From Candidatus Hodarchaeota archaeon (lineage in GTDB: Archaea; Asgardarchaeota; Lokiarchaeia; Sigyniarchaeales; SOKP01), in the NCBI GenBank assembly GCA_048886685.1, contig JBHLKM010000003.1:224001-288000 (forward strand): DNA of 64,000 nt, given 5' to 3'. Below, piece by piece: positions 30,860-40,715 of the stretch. The position numbers were made by a program, and so were the translations under genes. Position 1 is the stretch's first letter, and every line of letters begins with the position of its first letter. Below the pieces are notes generated by a model. That model was not told the DNA's origin. It was given only the letters and a program-made list of their open reading frames with translations, and did not search any database.

Positions 30860-30915
30860 CTATCAAAGAACTTAAATAAGCAAAATAAGAATTATTCCTA
30901 AAAATTTAGAAAAAG

Positions 30916-30975
30916 AGAGGAAAAAGTTTAGCAAAATGGCTTCTCGAATGACCACACCTAAACTTATATTCCTCT
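30916..30975. other. 60-nt intergenic hairpin (candidate small RNA or bidirectional terminator)
   Basis: AGAGGAA/TTCCTCT, AAGTTTAG/CTAAACTT and TGG/CCA stems between convergent genes. Confidence 0.45.
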
Positions 30976-31053
30976 ATTCTATATTACTTTTTTTTTAAAT
31001 ATAAAATTTGGCTTAATAATTATTGTTAAAAATTGATAAGGAGATGGGGGGAT

Positions 31054-31947
31054 TTAAAGACCTTGTAATAATTTACTAAAATCCGGTTCTTTAAAAAATT
31101 CATTATACTTTTTTAATAATTCGATATTTACAAGAAAAATCTTTTTCCCTGATTGATTTCTAGTAGATTTTACTAAATTAAGATCTTTTAGTTTGTTAAT
31201 ATGGTATAGTATAGTTCCTGAATAAATATCTAAATTTTCTCCCATTTTTGAAACCGTTACCGATTCATCTTTAAAGATTTCTTCTAATATCTTTGGGATT
31301 AAGGGATTTAAAAATACAATTTTAAACTTATCGTAATCTTCAGATACATCAGATAAAAAGTAATGAAGAGATTTACCAATTTTTTTGGATCTTATAAGAT
31401 TAAATCTTTCCAGAGTCATTACGTGTTTAAGAAAAGGGGTTCTAGTGATATTTAATTCTTCTTCAATTTTATCATCTCTAGCATGGATTCCAGGATTATC
31501 TTTAATAAAATCTAATATTTTTACGAGCTTTTCATTAGTAAGTATCTCTAGTTTTGTACGTCTCTCGTTAGTCACAATCCATGTCTTTTTTTCTAAATCC
31601 CTTATACTAAGGAAAATTTCCTCCTTACTATAACCTTTTTTATAAGATAATTTTGCTATACATTTTGCATATAGTTTTTCAATAATTGGATATTTTTGTA
31701 TTTGACTCTCAGATTCAATCTCAAATTCAGCATCATATCGCTTTAATTTTAGGATATCTTTTGCAATTTCTAAAACATCTTGATCGATTTCGGTTAATTC
31801 ATCGACAAGAGCCTCTTCTTTTAGTTTTTTTTCTTCTGTGTCCGCTCCTTCCTGTAAAGGTTTAAAATCTAAACGCCTAAATAAGCTTTCTTCTAAAATT
31901 TCTTTTTCCTTTTCTTTTTTAACTTCTCTTCTTCTTTCGAGCGACAT
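31054..31947 (-). CDS. Tandem winged-helix (ArsR-like) transcriptional regulator
   Basis: ILDFIKDNPGIH..HVMTLERFNLI and second wHTH YHINKLKDLNLV. Confidence 0.75.
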   Translation of the reverse strand: MSLERRREVKKEKEKEILEESLFRRLDFKPLQEGADTEEKKLKEEALVDELTEIDQDVLEIAKDILKLKRYDAEFEIESESQIQKYPIIEKLYAKCIAKLSYKKGYSKEEIFLSIRDLEKKTWIVTNERRTKLEILTNEKLVKILDFIKDNPGIHARDDKIEEELNITRTPFLKHVMTLERFNLIRSKKIGKSLHYFLSDVSEDYDKFKIVFLNPLIPKILEEIFKDESVTVSKMGENLDIYSGTILYHINKLKDLNLVKSTRNQSGKKIFLVNIELLKKYNEFFKEPDFSKLLQGL

Positions 31948-31949
31948 TT

Positions 31950-33506
31950 TTAGGCGTTTTCCTCTAAGAATTGAATAAATTTAATTCGTTCTTGAGTGTC
32001 CATGTATTTTAATTGATCTATGAGATGATTAATATACTTTGGGTCAACATTAGGGAGCTTTCGAATTCTTTCTATTAATTTTCTAGGAATTTCTTTATAT
32101 AAATCGACTAAAGCTTCTACATATTTAACCTGCTCTTCTTTATTTAAGAATGCAAGTTCCTCCAATAACTCTCTTTTTTCTTTTTTGGAGATTTTTAAAT
32201 TAGAAATTTGCTGCCTTAGATCTTTTGATAATACAGCAAAAATTTTTGAAAAATATTCTTTTACAAGTTTTTTGTCCTTTTCATCTTTTACAGGCAGAAG
32301 AGACTCATGAAGTCTTAATTCAATTTCTTCTTCTTTTCTTTCCTTATCCTCCTTATCTAAGATCTCTTCTAATTCTTCAACTTTACCTAACTCTTCTTCG
32401 ATTTTTGCTTTAGGTATTGGTGTTATTGGAATTGGTTCAATTGCAGGTTCCTTTTGATCATTTTTTATATCTTCTGTAGGGATTTTTCCTTCTACTTTGA
32501 CCACCGTGGAAGGTTCAGGAGGATGATATTCTTTTTCTTCTATGGTGGGAATTCGGACTTGATCTGAAGGTTTACCAGCAAGAAGGAAAAATATTAAAGC
32601 TCCCTTTAATAAAATAAAGATACCTGAGGCATAAAAAATAGTACCCATTATTCCTATTATAACTAATCTAACACCATCCTTAACTTCAAATTTTAATTTT
32701 TCTTTAATATCTGACTTTTGCCTACTATCCATAATTAAAGCTACAATTGCGATCAGTAGAAAACCAAGATAGATTAACATGCCTATAGGAATTTCAATTG
32801 AATAAGGGATTTTAATTATGTCAGAACCACTTGTAGGAAGATAAATTCTATCAGAATATGCTCTATATATACCCATAAGGAGGATAACAAATCCAGCTTT
32901 ATTAGAAAGATAATTAAGGGAATTTTTTGCTAATAAACCAAAATCATATGCTTTAAGATTGGTATTCTCTCGATCAGTTATAACATAGATGAATATAAAA
33001 ATACCTTTAATTAAGAGAATTACTCCTGTTCCATACAGAATACATCCCAAAATTCCCCAACAAAAAGCATCAAGGAAAACTTCATTATATTGTTTCTCTT
33101 TTATTTTGGGAGCAATATATGCTCTATCATATATTAATAAAAAAACTCCAATTAATCCTAGCAATAATCGATTAAAAAGAACAGAAGGCCAAATACTCCA
33201 ATTAAATATTAATTCTACCATTAAACCAAATGAAATTATAGTAAAAATAAAAATAGGAATAAACGAAATTTTATTTAAAAATTGAATAAATTTATCTATT
33301 TTAGACGTATCTTTCTCAGATAAAACGGGTATTCGGCTAAACTTTTTAATAACTGGTGTCGGTGCCGGTTTAAATGTTACGCCTTCCAAAATAAAAGGAG
33401 AACCACACCTCTCACAATAAACTTGCACTCTTTTTTCAATTAAATTGGAAAGTTCACTAGGGAACGCATACCCGCATTCTCTACATATGAATAATTTTTT
33501 TGACAT
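31950..33506 (-). CDS. Membrane protein with N-terminal zinc ribbon and charged helical C-terminal domain
   Basis: CRECG..CERCG, multiple TM segments with an internal duplication, P/E-rich linker. Confidence 0.75.
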   Translation of the reverse strand: MSKKLFICRECGYAFPSELSNLIEKRVQVYCERCGSPFILEGVTFKPAPTPVIKKFSRIPVLSEKDTSKIDKFIQFLNKISFIPIFIFTIISFGLMVELIFNWSIWPSVLFNRLLLGLIGVFLLIYDRAYIAPKIKEKQYNEVFLDAFCWGILGCILYGTGVILLIKGIFIFIYVITDRENTNLKAYDFGLLAKNSLNYLSNKAGFVILLMGIYRAYSDRIYLPTSGSDIIKIPYSIEIPIGMLIYLGFLLIAIVALIMDSRQKSDIKEKLKFEVKDGVRLVIIGIMGTIFYASGIFILLKGALIFFLLAGKPSDQVRIPTIEEKEYHPPEPSTVVKVEGKIPTEDIKNDQKEPAIEPIPITPIPKAKIEEELGKVEELEEILDKEDKERKEEEIELRLHESLLPVKDEKDKKLVKEYFSKIFAVLSKDLRQQISNLKISKKEKRELLEELAFLNKEEQVKYVEALVDLYKEIPRKLIERIRKLPNVDPKYINHLIDQLKYMDTQERIKFIQFLEENA

Positions 33507-33582
33507 ATTATTTAATTACACCTTAATAATTATTTTTTTATTCAATTACTTTAATCTTTTTTGAATAGAAAATGATAAAATA

Positions 33583-34146
33583 TTAATGAGCTGGAATTAT
33601 AAGTCTTGGAAGTTCAGCTAGAGTATATTCTTTTCCACAGTTCACACAAAAAACATTTCCATGTGCAAATATTTTCTTCATCATTTTTTCTGAAAATCCT
33701 TTTCCACATTCCTTACAGTATAGTGTATTGCGATTTATTTGGGTGAATTGATTTTCAATATGAATGTTATTATTATATATTTGTTTTTTAGATTTATATT
33801 CCCCTGAAACTAAATTATAAAATCCTTTACATAATTTAAAAATCCCCAGACCGATACCCTTAAGGAGATAGTAAATCCCCTTAAGGGTATAAAATATCAA
33901 ATAAGCAATTCCTTTTATTACATAGTATATAAGTGTGACAGCTAAAGCTAACAGTGCGATAATACCTATAATTGCTAATATTTGCCCATAAATCGGCTGA
34001 ACTAAATACCAATCTAAAAATTCGTTATACCATAAATATATATTATCTATTATATTTCTCCAATCCATATTTTTATACACTTTAATTACTGTTTTACTCT
34101 TTAATTTTAGATATTTATAATTGATTTTAAAAAAATTGGAGTCCAA
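33583..34146 (-). CDS. Membrane protein with C-terminal zinc ribbon (true start probably MDWRN)
   Basis: TM segment(s) followed by CKECG..CVNCG. Confidence 0.7.
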   Translation of the reverse strand: MDSNFFKINYKYLKLKSKTVIKVYKNMDWRNIIDNIYLWYNEFLDWYLVQPIYGQILAIIGIIALLALAVTLIYYVIKGIAYLIFYTLKGIYYLLKGIGLGIFKLCKGFYNLVSGEYKSKKQIYNNNIHIENQFTQINRNTLYCKECGKGFSEKMMKKIFAHGNVFCVNCGKEYTLAELPRLIIPAH

Positions 34147-34210
34147 TTTTTATAAGAAATAAGTTAAAAAACAAATCAATTAAAGCAAAGAAAAAACAAT
34201 TATAGAAATC

Positions 34211-34717
34211 TCAAGTATTTAAGATCAAGTGCCTCCAATTAATTGATTTAACCACTCTGTGAAGGAAATGATCATCGTCTACAATGTTATATTCTAAATT
34301 TTTAAAGAATTTCTCTGCTCTTTCTTGAGTTTGTTTATATTGAACGACTGAATCATTTTTTCCATGAAAAACAGTTACAGGGACATCCACAGCTTTATAA
34401 AAAGAAGGTTTAAGCTTACGAGATACTAAAAAAGGGGCCAATAATATCAAACGTTTAACATTACTTGGATTCTTTAGAGTATATATTGCTCCCATTAAAC
34501 CTCCGAAACTAGACCCAATAATAATCCAATTTTTTTTTTTTTCTAAAATTGAGTTTAATTCGCTCATTCTATCTTTTAATAGTTTATACATAGGGATATT
34601 TGGGTCAAATTTTTTAAAATCTGGGGTAAGAATTTCCGGAAATATAGTTTTTAAGAATCTACCTTTAAATCCTTTCCCTGAACTCTCAAGCCCATGTATA
34701 AATATAATATTTTGCAT
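34211..34717 (-). CDS. YqiA/YcfP-like alpha/beta hydrolase
   Basis: IHGLES, GSSFGG, HGKNDSVV, DDHFL. Confidence 0.85.
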   Translation of the reverse strand: MQNIIFIHGLESSGKGFKGRFLKTIFPEILTPDFKKFDPNIPMYKLLKDRMSELNSILEKKKNWIIIGSSFGGLMGAIYTLKNPSNVKRLILLAPFLVSRKLKPSFYKAVDVPVTVFHGKNDSVVQYKQTQERAEKFFKNLEYNIVDDDHFLHRVVKSINWRHLILNT

Positions 34718-34772
34718 AACTTATACGCGTTCTAGTCTATTTTCAATTTAAATTTTATTAAGTTTTTCAAGA

Positions 34773-35834
34773 TTATTCAGTTTCTTCTTCCGAAATATAA
34801 GGATATTCTTTCAATCTTAATAATTTCATTTCTTTTTTATGTCCAAAATAGATTAAAGCTCCAAATACAGAAAAATATGTGATAAGAATCAAGAGCGTGT
34901 AGAAATAGTACTTATAGGTGAAAGACATAAAGTGAAGTGCATTTCCAATGATAAAACCAGTGAATAACCTTGATCCCGTAGTACTTTTTCTTAATAAAAG
35001 CCGTTGAGTACCCCAATCAATTATACCCGGTAGTGGTAATATTATAATCAAAATTAAAGCAATTTCACTACTAAATTCTGTTTGAAATGTTTGTTCAAGC
35101 ATGTGAGTGCCAAACAATGCTACTAAACCTCCAAGTATCACGCCGGAACATCTCGAGCAAAAATAAATTTTTGTTCTGCCAAATTTAAGATAAAACGTAT
35201 GATCACTCGCAGAAACAGGATGGTGAGTGAGTATCATGGAATATAAGTGATTCTCTTCAGCAGCAAATATTTTATCATATAATATTAATAGGATTGGCAC
35301 TAAGAAGACAATTGAGATTAGAGCTTGGGAAAAGAATTTAAATCCATAATCAATTATGATACTTTCAAGGGTAAATTGGCCAGGATAATATAATAGTTGA
35401 AGTAAAATTATGATTCCTGTAATAATAAAAGAACTTATTACTAAAGCAAGAAATGTATAATAGACTTTTATTCCTTCATGGTATTTCAATGGTTTATATT
35501 TATAGAGCCCTACTAAGAGTCCTAAAATAGCTACAATCAAACACCATTCAAAATAAATCTCATGATAATATGCAATCTGATAAACAAGTTCCGCTAGAAA
35601 ACCATCTATTAAACCATGTATTGATCCCGCCAAAACAGAAAGAAAAGTAAATATTAATAACGCAGTACCAAATCGTATATAATATTCTTGATTTTCTATA
35701 AAATAAGTTGATATCGATTCAAAAGCTTCTGATGTATATATATATGAGATAATAATAAAGATACTTATCAATAAATTTATAAAAATTAAACGTGAATAGT
35801 TTTTTCCCTCTTCTTTTTGAGGTATTTCATTCAA
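34773..35834 (-). CDS. Membrane protein: ECF S-component-like N-half plus DUF2085-like C-half
   Basis: SVLAGSIHGLIDGFLAEL pattern, then HH..DHTF..FCSRCSG, IDWGTQ, RLFTG. Confidence 0.6.
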   Translation of the reverse strand: MNEIPQKEEGKNYSRLIFINLLISIFIIISYIYTSEAFESISTYFIENQEYYIRFGTALLIFTFLSVLAGSIHGLIDGFLAELVYQIAYYHEIYFEWCLIVAILGLLVGLYKYKPLKYHEGIKVYYTFLALVISSFIITGIIILLQLLYYPGQFTLESIIIDYGFKFFSQALISIVFLVPILLILYDKIFAAEENHLYSMILTHHPVSASDHTFYLKFGRTKIYFCSRCSGVILGGLVALFGTHMLEQTFQTEFSSEIALILIIILPLPGIIDWGTQRLLLRKSTTGSRLFTGFIIGNALHFMSFTYKYYFYTLLILITYFSVFGALIYFGHKKEMKLLRLKEYPYISEEETE

Positions 35835-35883
35835 TATAACTATTAACTCTCTTTATATTTTATACCATTAATTTAATATAGTT

Positions 35884-36543
35884 TTAATTAAATATTTCAT
35901 CAAGCTCTTCAAGTAATTTTTCCTTTGTAAGTTCAAATCCTTTACGAAGAACTGTTAATATAATGTTTTTGCCCATTGGAACCTTTAATATCGAATCATC
36001 GCTCTCCACAATTGATATTCCTTGTTCATTATAATCCAATTGACGTTTTAGAGCTTGATAAGCTTTTTCTTTTGTTTTAAAAGTTGCTCTTGATAATTCA
36101 CTATAATCTTTAATGTTCTCGTTAACCTTCAAAAACAAAACGCTCTCTTCTACTTGAGTTATAAAGCATTTTTTCGTTACTTCCTTTAATTTTTGATAGT
36201 TGCGGTGATCCTTCTTGCATTGTCTATCCGTTTGATCATTCTCTAAATATATTGGAAAATTTTTATTAATAATCCTTTCAAACTGTTCTTTTGATCCATC
36301 TCCATTTACTATTAATTCTTTAGCAGAATCGAGTGTTACTCTAATCTGTTCTAATGTACCTACTTTAGCATCTTTGTCACTCCAATATTTGTAAAAAGAT
36401 TTAACGATAGGTTTTACTAAAACATTTAAGACACCTGTATCTAACTCTGAATCTATTAAAGACTTCCCATAATTAAGAGAAATATCCATTTGTTCAATCA
36501 TTCTTTTCTCTAGAATTTTATAGTTTCTCTCAATAACATACAT
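35884..36543 (-). CDS. Hypothetical helical protein (tandem paralogue A)
   Basis: Co-linear with 36601..37263. Confidence 0.8.
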   Translation of the reverse strand: MYVIERNYKILEKRMIEQMDISLNYGKSLIDSELDTGVLNVLVKPIVKSFYKYWSDKDAKVGTLEQIRVTLDSAKELIVNGDGSKEQFERIINKNFPIYLENDQTDRQCKKDHRNYQKLKEVTKKCFITQVEESVLFLKVNENIKDYSELSRATFKTKEKAYQALKRQLDYNEQGISIVESDDSILKVPMGKNIILTVLRKGFELTKEKLLEELDEIFN

Positions 36544-36600
36544 TTCAATATCTCAGATAAAAAATGTGCTAATAAATTTTAGAGTCATTTATGGGTTAAA

Positions 36601-37263
36601 TTATTTTTGATTATAGGTTTCATTTAATGACTTTATAAATTCTGCTTTGGTACACTCAAAGCCACTCCTTAATAATTTCACAATTATTTTTTTAGCTACG
36701 GGGATTTTAAGAATGGATGGATCTTCTTCAATTATTCTTATACCCCTATCTGTAAATTCTAATTGTTTCATTAAATTTTGTTCGGCCACCTCTTTTGTAC
36801 TAAATGCAACTCGGCATAAATCTCCATAATCTTCTACATCTTCTTTTACTTCTAAAAGTTTCACTACTTCTTTCAAATAATTTATAAACGTTTCTTTTGC
36901 CACTTGTTTTAGTCTTTCATAATTCTTATGCGAGTGTGAACAGTTGCGTGAAGCTTGATCCGCCTTAAGATACTTTGGGAAAGAATCTCCAACAATCTTT
37001 TTAAAATTCTGCTCATTATTGTCATTAAATAGTAAATCTCTTCCAGATTCTAAAGTAATTTGAATTTGTTTTAGTGTACCTTCCTTTACATCGCTTTTTG
37101 ACCAATAATCATAAAATGTTTTAATAATCGGTTTAATTATAAAGTTTAAAACCCCTGTATCTAATTCAGTATCAATAAGATTTCTCCCTAAAGCAATTGA
37201 ATCTTCCATCTGCTGAATCATTCGCTCTCGAACTATATCAAAATTTCTTTTGAAGTAATCCAA
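36601..37263 (-). CDS. Hypothetical helical protein (tandem paralogue B)
   Basis: Shares LID.ELDTGVLN..KPI.K.FY.YWS and C..H.NY..LK motifs with paralogue A; TTG start after GGAGA. Confidence 0.8.
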   Translation of the reverse strand: MDYFKRNFDIVRERMIQQMEDSIALGRNLIDTELDTGVLNFIIKPIIKTFYDYWSKSDVKEGTLKQIQITLESGRDLLFNDNNEQNFKKIVGDSFPKYLKADQASRNCSHSHKNYERLKQVAKETFINYLKEVVKLLEVKEDVEDYGDLCRVAFSTKEVAEQNLMKQLEFTDRGIRIIEEDPSILKIPVAKKIIVKLLRSGFECTKAEFIKSLNETYNQK

Positions 37264-37472
37264 AGTTTAATCTCCAATTAGTTCAAAACAAAAATATAAA
37301 TTCCCAAACTCAATTAATTATTATTAAAAGAATTCTATTCTTTTAAAATAATTCCATAAGTTTTATACTATTAATTTTATGTGATCAATTCATAGGTGAT
37401 TTTAAAAAAATCATAAAATAAAAAAGAGAGTAAATAAAATAAAAAAGTAGAAATAAAAAAAAATCTGAAAAT

Positions 37473-40400
37473 ATGCATTATATCTTTAAGGTTTTGATTT
37501 TATCTGGAGATCCAGATACAAGTCATCTTTATACCTCAAGAGCATTTGGTGAACCTGGTGAAGATAAGGAAACATATTTTGAGTGGTATAAAGAAGTAAA
37601 AATCTTTGAAGATACCTGCGATTTAGAAATTGATGCGATCACAAGCATTTATGCAGATTTAGATGAGATTCTGCCGCTGGTGGATGGAATCATTTACTTT
37701 TTAAATCCTTTAGTTAAGGAAGAATATGAACTCCTCGAAATGGTGCTACCAGATATTTTTTCAGTTAAACGAGATATTCCAACAATAGTTATAGTTTATG
37801 ATCAGAATGGAATTCTTCCAATATCTGTAAATGAGCTCTTAACAAATGTATGGGTTAATTATCCTAGTCTCGAAGCCTTTGCTAATCTAAATCCTGAAGA
37901 ATTTCATCAAGCTCTTCAATCATTATGTTTGGCGATGATTAATGGAGAAACCCCGTTGAATATTGAGAATGCTTGGATGAGATTTCCAATATTTATTCAA
38001 ATGGCAAATGTATATTTTGAAAATAAAAATTATTATTATGCGGCTCAAGCTGTAAGAAAAGCTGCTATGATTGCTGAAATTTACAATAAAGAGGAATATT
38101 TCATAATTACTGAGCAAGCTGCATATTTGTATTCAAAGATTAACTTATATCTGGAAGCAAGTCAAATTTTAGAAAATATCGATAAATCGAAGTCGCTTAA
38201 TTTTAAGAAACTATATGTAGATGCAATGAAAAGAGAAGGAAATCTGTATTTTAATAAAAACGAGTATGAAACTGCTGCGAAACAATATGAACGAGCGGGA
38301 CAATGGGCTAGTATTGAGTTATTAGAGAAAAAAATTATTGAAGAGGCATTCAGATTAGCAATAACCTCGTGGATATCGGCATGTAAAGTTGAGAACGCAT
38401 TTAGAATTCTTGAAAATCTGTCGCATCAAGAATCTCAGACAATTCTAAAGGAGGTTGTCGATAAAATTGGTAACGCAGCAGAATTTTTAGTTGAAACTAA
38501 TAGATTCGAGTTAGCAAAAGAACAATTATATACTGCAATATATAAATATCAAAGAGAAGCACTTTCAGACGAATTAGAAGGCCTCACCATCAAATTAACG
38601 AAAATTTTAATCGATATCTTTAAACATCAAATTGAAGTTAAGGAATTTCACGCTGCGAGGTATACTTATGACGAAATTGAAAACATGTGGGATTCGTATA
38701 ATGTTAAAAAAACTAATTTAGATGCAACTTTAAAAATCCTAATTAACCTTTTCTTAGAAAAAAATAACTTTGGGATGGCAACAACGCTTATTAATAAATT
38801 AAATTCTTTGAAGTTAAAACAAGAATTAACCAAATTAAGTGGTGAAATTGAGGATACTTATAAAACCTCATTGAAAAAGGAATTAGAGGAAATGATTAAA
38901 AAAGGAGTAGAATTCATAACTGAATTTGTTAATGCTGAGTTAGATATTATTGCCGAAATGAATAAAAAAAAAATTGAGGTAGCCGAAGAGTTCATTAATC
39001 ATGGTAAATATCTTAAAGCATCGAGATATTTAGTAGATCAGGCGGACTATTTAAAAAAAATAGGAAAGGAGGGTATAAGAGATCAAATTCTTACAAAGGC
39101 TTTAGATATTCTCCTGGAGGGTGATATTTTTGAAGAATTTTTCATTACTTTCAACCTTTTGTCAGTAGAAATGAAAAATAATTATTTGATTAGAGTTTTT
39201 CCAAAATTTCTTGGAAATCTAAAAGATATTGAAAAATTGGAGAATTTTGAAATAATTGCAAGAATTATGGAAGATTCCAACAGAATTTATCGTGATCACT
39301 TATTATATGACGAATCCAAAAAGATTAGTTTGGTTTATATAAAAACAATTAAACATGAAGCTTTAAATCTACTTCAAAGAGAAGAAAATCGTACAGGAAT
39401 TATAAGGGTAAATGAACTTGTAAAAAAAGCTAATAATGTCTCTTCTGCTTATTTAGAAAAAGAAGAAAGCTTAAAAATAAATTATGACAAAATTTTTAAA
39501 AAAATTGCTGAAATATATATTAAACTAGATGATTTGCCGAATGCTCATGCTTATAATGATAGAATTGAGAATAAACAATATAAAAAAGAGATTCATGATA
39601 TAATCGATAAACTTGAAGCAGAAAAGAGTGCTATTCGCTCTAAGAAAGCAAAAGAAACTCGGGAAGAAAAGCTTTTGGAAGAAATACGCTCAATTATTCA
39701 AAACAAAGCAAGAGAGTATAAGGGTTTAGATCGCGAAAAAGAAATTAGGGAAAGAAATGCTAGAAAAACAAGATATTTTAGAAAAGCGTTAGCTTATATA
39801 GCTGATAAAGAGTATGACAAAGCAATTGACTTGTATAAGGAAACTATAGTCGAATTAAATAGAATTAAAAAATATAATTTAGCGGGTGTTTCATTAGTAA
39901 TCGTGAGTTTATTACTACTTAAAGAACAGAGAATGGAAGAAGTCAGACAAATATTAGAGGAGACAAAACGTAGTTTGACAGGATTAGGAAAATTATTTTC
40001 TGATACTTTCCCAGTTACCTTAGTCGAATACATCCTTCAAGCAAAAAAGTTTAATGACGAAGCTAAGTTTAATGAAGCTTTATATCTTATGGAATATCTA
40101 CCATTATTTGATGAAGAATTGAAAATTCTCCATGATTTCTTTAGTGAGGATTATAAAGACAAAGAAAAACATAAAGAACAAAAGACAGAGACTATTCAAG
40201 TTGAAGAGGTCAAAGAATTATCAAAAGAGCAAGCTATAGAAATTGATCAAAGATATGGGAAAATAGAATCAAAATTAGGAGATACTAGAAGAGAGAAAGA
40301 AGAATTGCTAAATAAACGAAAAGCTACAAAAAGAATTTTCTATAATCAAATTTTTAAATTATTAGAAGCACATAATTTCACAGAAGCAGCTACTAAATAT

Positions 40401-40715
40401 TATGAATTAGCTGAAACCATGGCTTCTAAAAGAAAAGATCTTAAAACGAGTTCGCTCCTTATCCTTTTACATGGACTATGTTTATTAAAATCAAAAGAAC
40501 CATTTCCTCTCATTAAAGAAAGCATTTATCAATTTTTAAATAAACGGGGTGTTAAAAAATTGGTAGAAGATATATATGATATTATGTTAATCCTTTTTAT
40601 TATTGATGTCAAAAAATATAACTTAGAAAATTATTTACCTAAAATTAAGGGTATGTTAGAAATTCTACCTTTATTTGAAGAAGAAATAGAGTTAGTAGAG
40701 GATATTCAAAATTAA
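37473..40715 (+). CDS. Degenerate small-GTPase-like domain plus TPR/SNAP-like alpha-solenoid
   Basis: YIFKVLILSG..DGIIYFLN..IPTIVIV scaffold without GKT/DxxG/NKxD; helical repeats such as YETAAKQYERAG. Confidence 0.65.
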   Translation: MHYIFKVLILSGDPDTSHLYTSRAFGEPGEDKETYFEWYKEVKIFEDTCDLEIDAITSIYADLDEILPLVDGIIYFLNPLVKEEYELLEMVLPDIFSVKRDIPTIVIVYDQNGILPISVNELLTNVWVNYPSLEAFANLNPEEFHQALQSLCLAMINGETPLNIENAWMRFPIFIQMANVYFENKNYYYAAQAVRKAAMIAEIYNKEEYFIITEQAAYLYSKINLYLEASQILENIDKSKSLNFKKLYVDAMKREGNLYFNKNEYETAAKQYERAGQWASIELLEKKIIEEAFRLAITSWISACKVENAFRILENLSHQESQTILKEVVDKIGNAAEFLVETNRFELAKEQLYTAIYKYQREALSDELEGLTIKLTKILIDIFKHQIEVKEFHAARYTYDEIENMWDSYNVKKTNLDATLKILINLFLEKNNFGMATTLINKLNSLKLKQELTKLSGEIEDTYKTSLKKELEEMIKKGVEFITEFVNAELDIIAEMNKKKIEVAEEFINHGKYLKASRYLVDQADYLKKIGKEGIRDQILTKALDILLEGDIFEEFFITFNLLSVEMKNNYLIRVFPKFLGNLKDIEKLENFEIIARIMEDSNRIYRDHLLYDESKKISLVYIKTIKHEALNLLQREENRTGIIRVNELVKKANNVSSAYLEKEESLKINYDKIFKKIAEIYIKLDDLPNAHAYNDRIENKQYKKEIHDIIDKLEAEKSAIRSKKAKETREEKLLEEIRSIIQNKAREYKGLDREKEIRERNARKTRYFRKALAYIADKEYDKAIDLYKETIVELNRIKKYNLAGVSLVIVSLLLLKEQRMEEVRQILEETKRSLTGLGKLFSDTFPVTLVEYILQAKKFNDEAKFNEALYLMEYLPLFDEELKILHDFFSEDYKDKEKHKEQKTETIQVEEVKELSKEQAIEIDQRYGKIESKLGDTRREKEELLNKRKATKRIFYNQIFKLLEAHNFTEAATKYYELAETMASKRKDLKTSSLLILLHGLCLLKSKEPFPLIKESIYQFLNKRGVKKLVEDIYDIMLILFIIDVKKYNLENYLPKIKGMLEILPLFEEEIELVEDIQN

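Noticed and set aside
30916-30975. SECIS element or tRNA
   Set aside because: No cloverleaf and no convincing AUGA/GA kink-turn geometry; I found no in-frame TGA read-through candidate in the flanking genes
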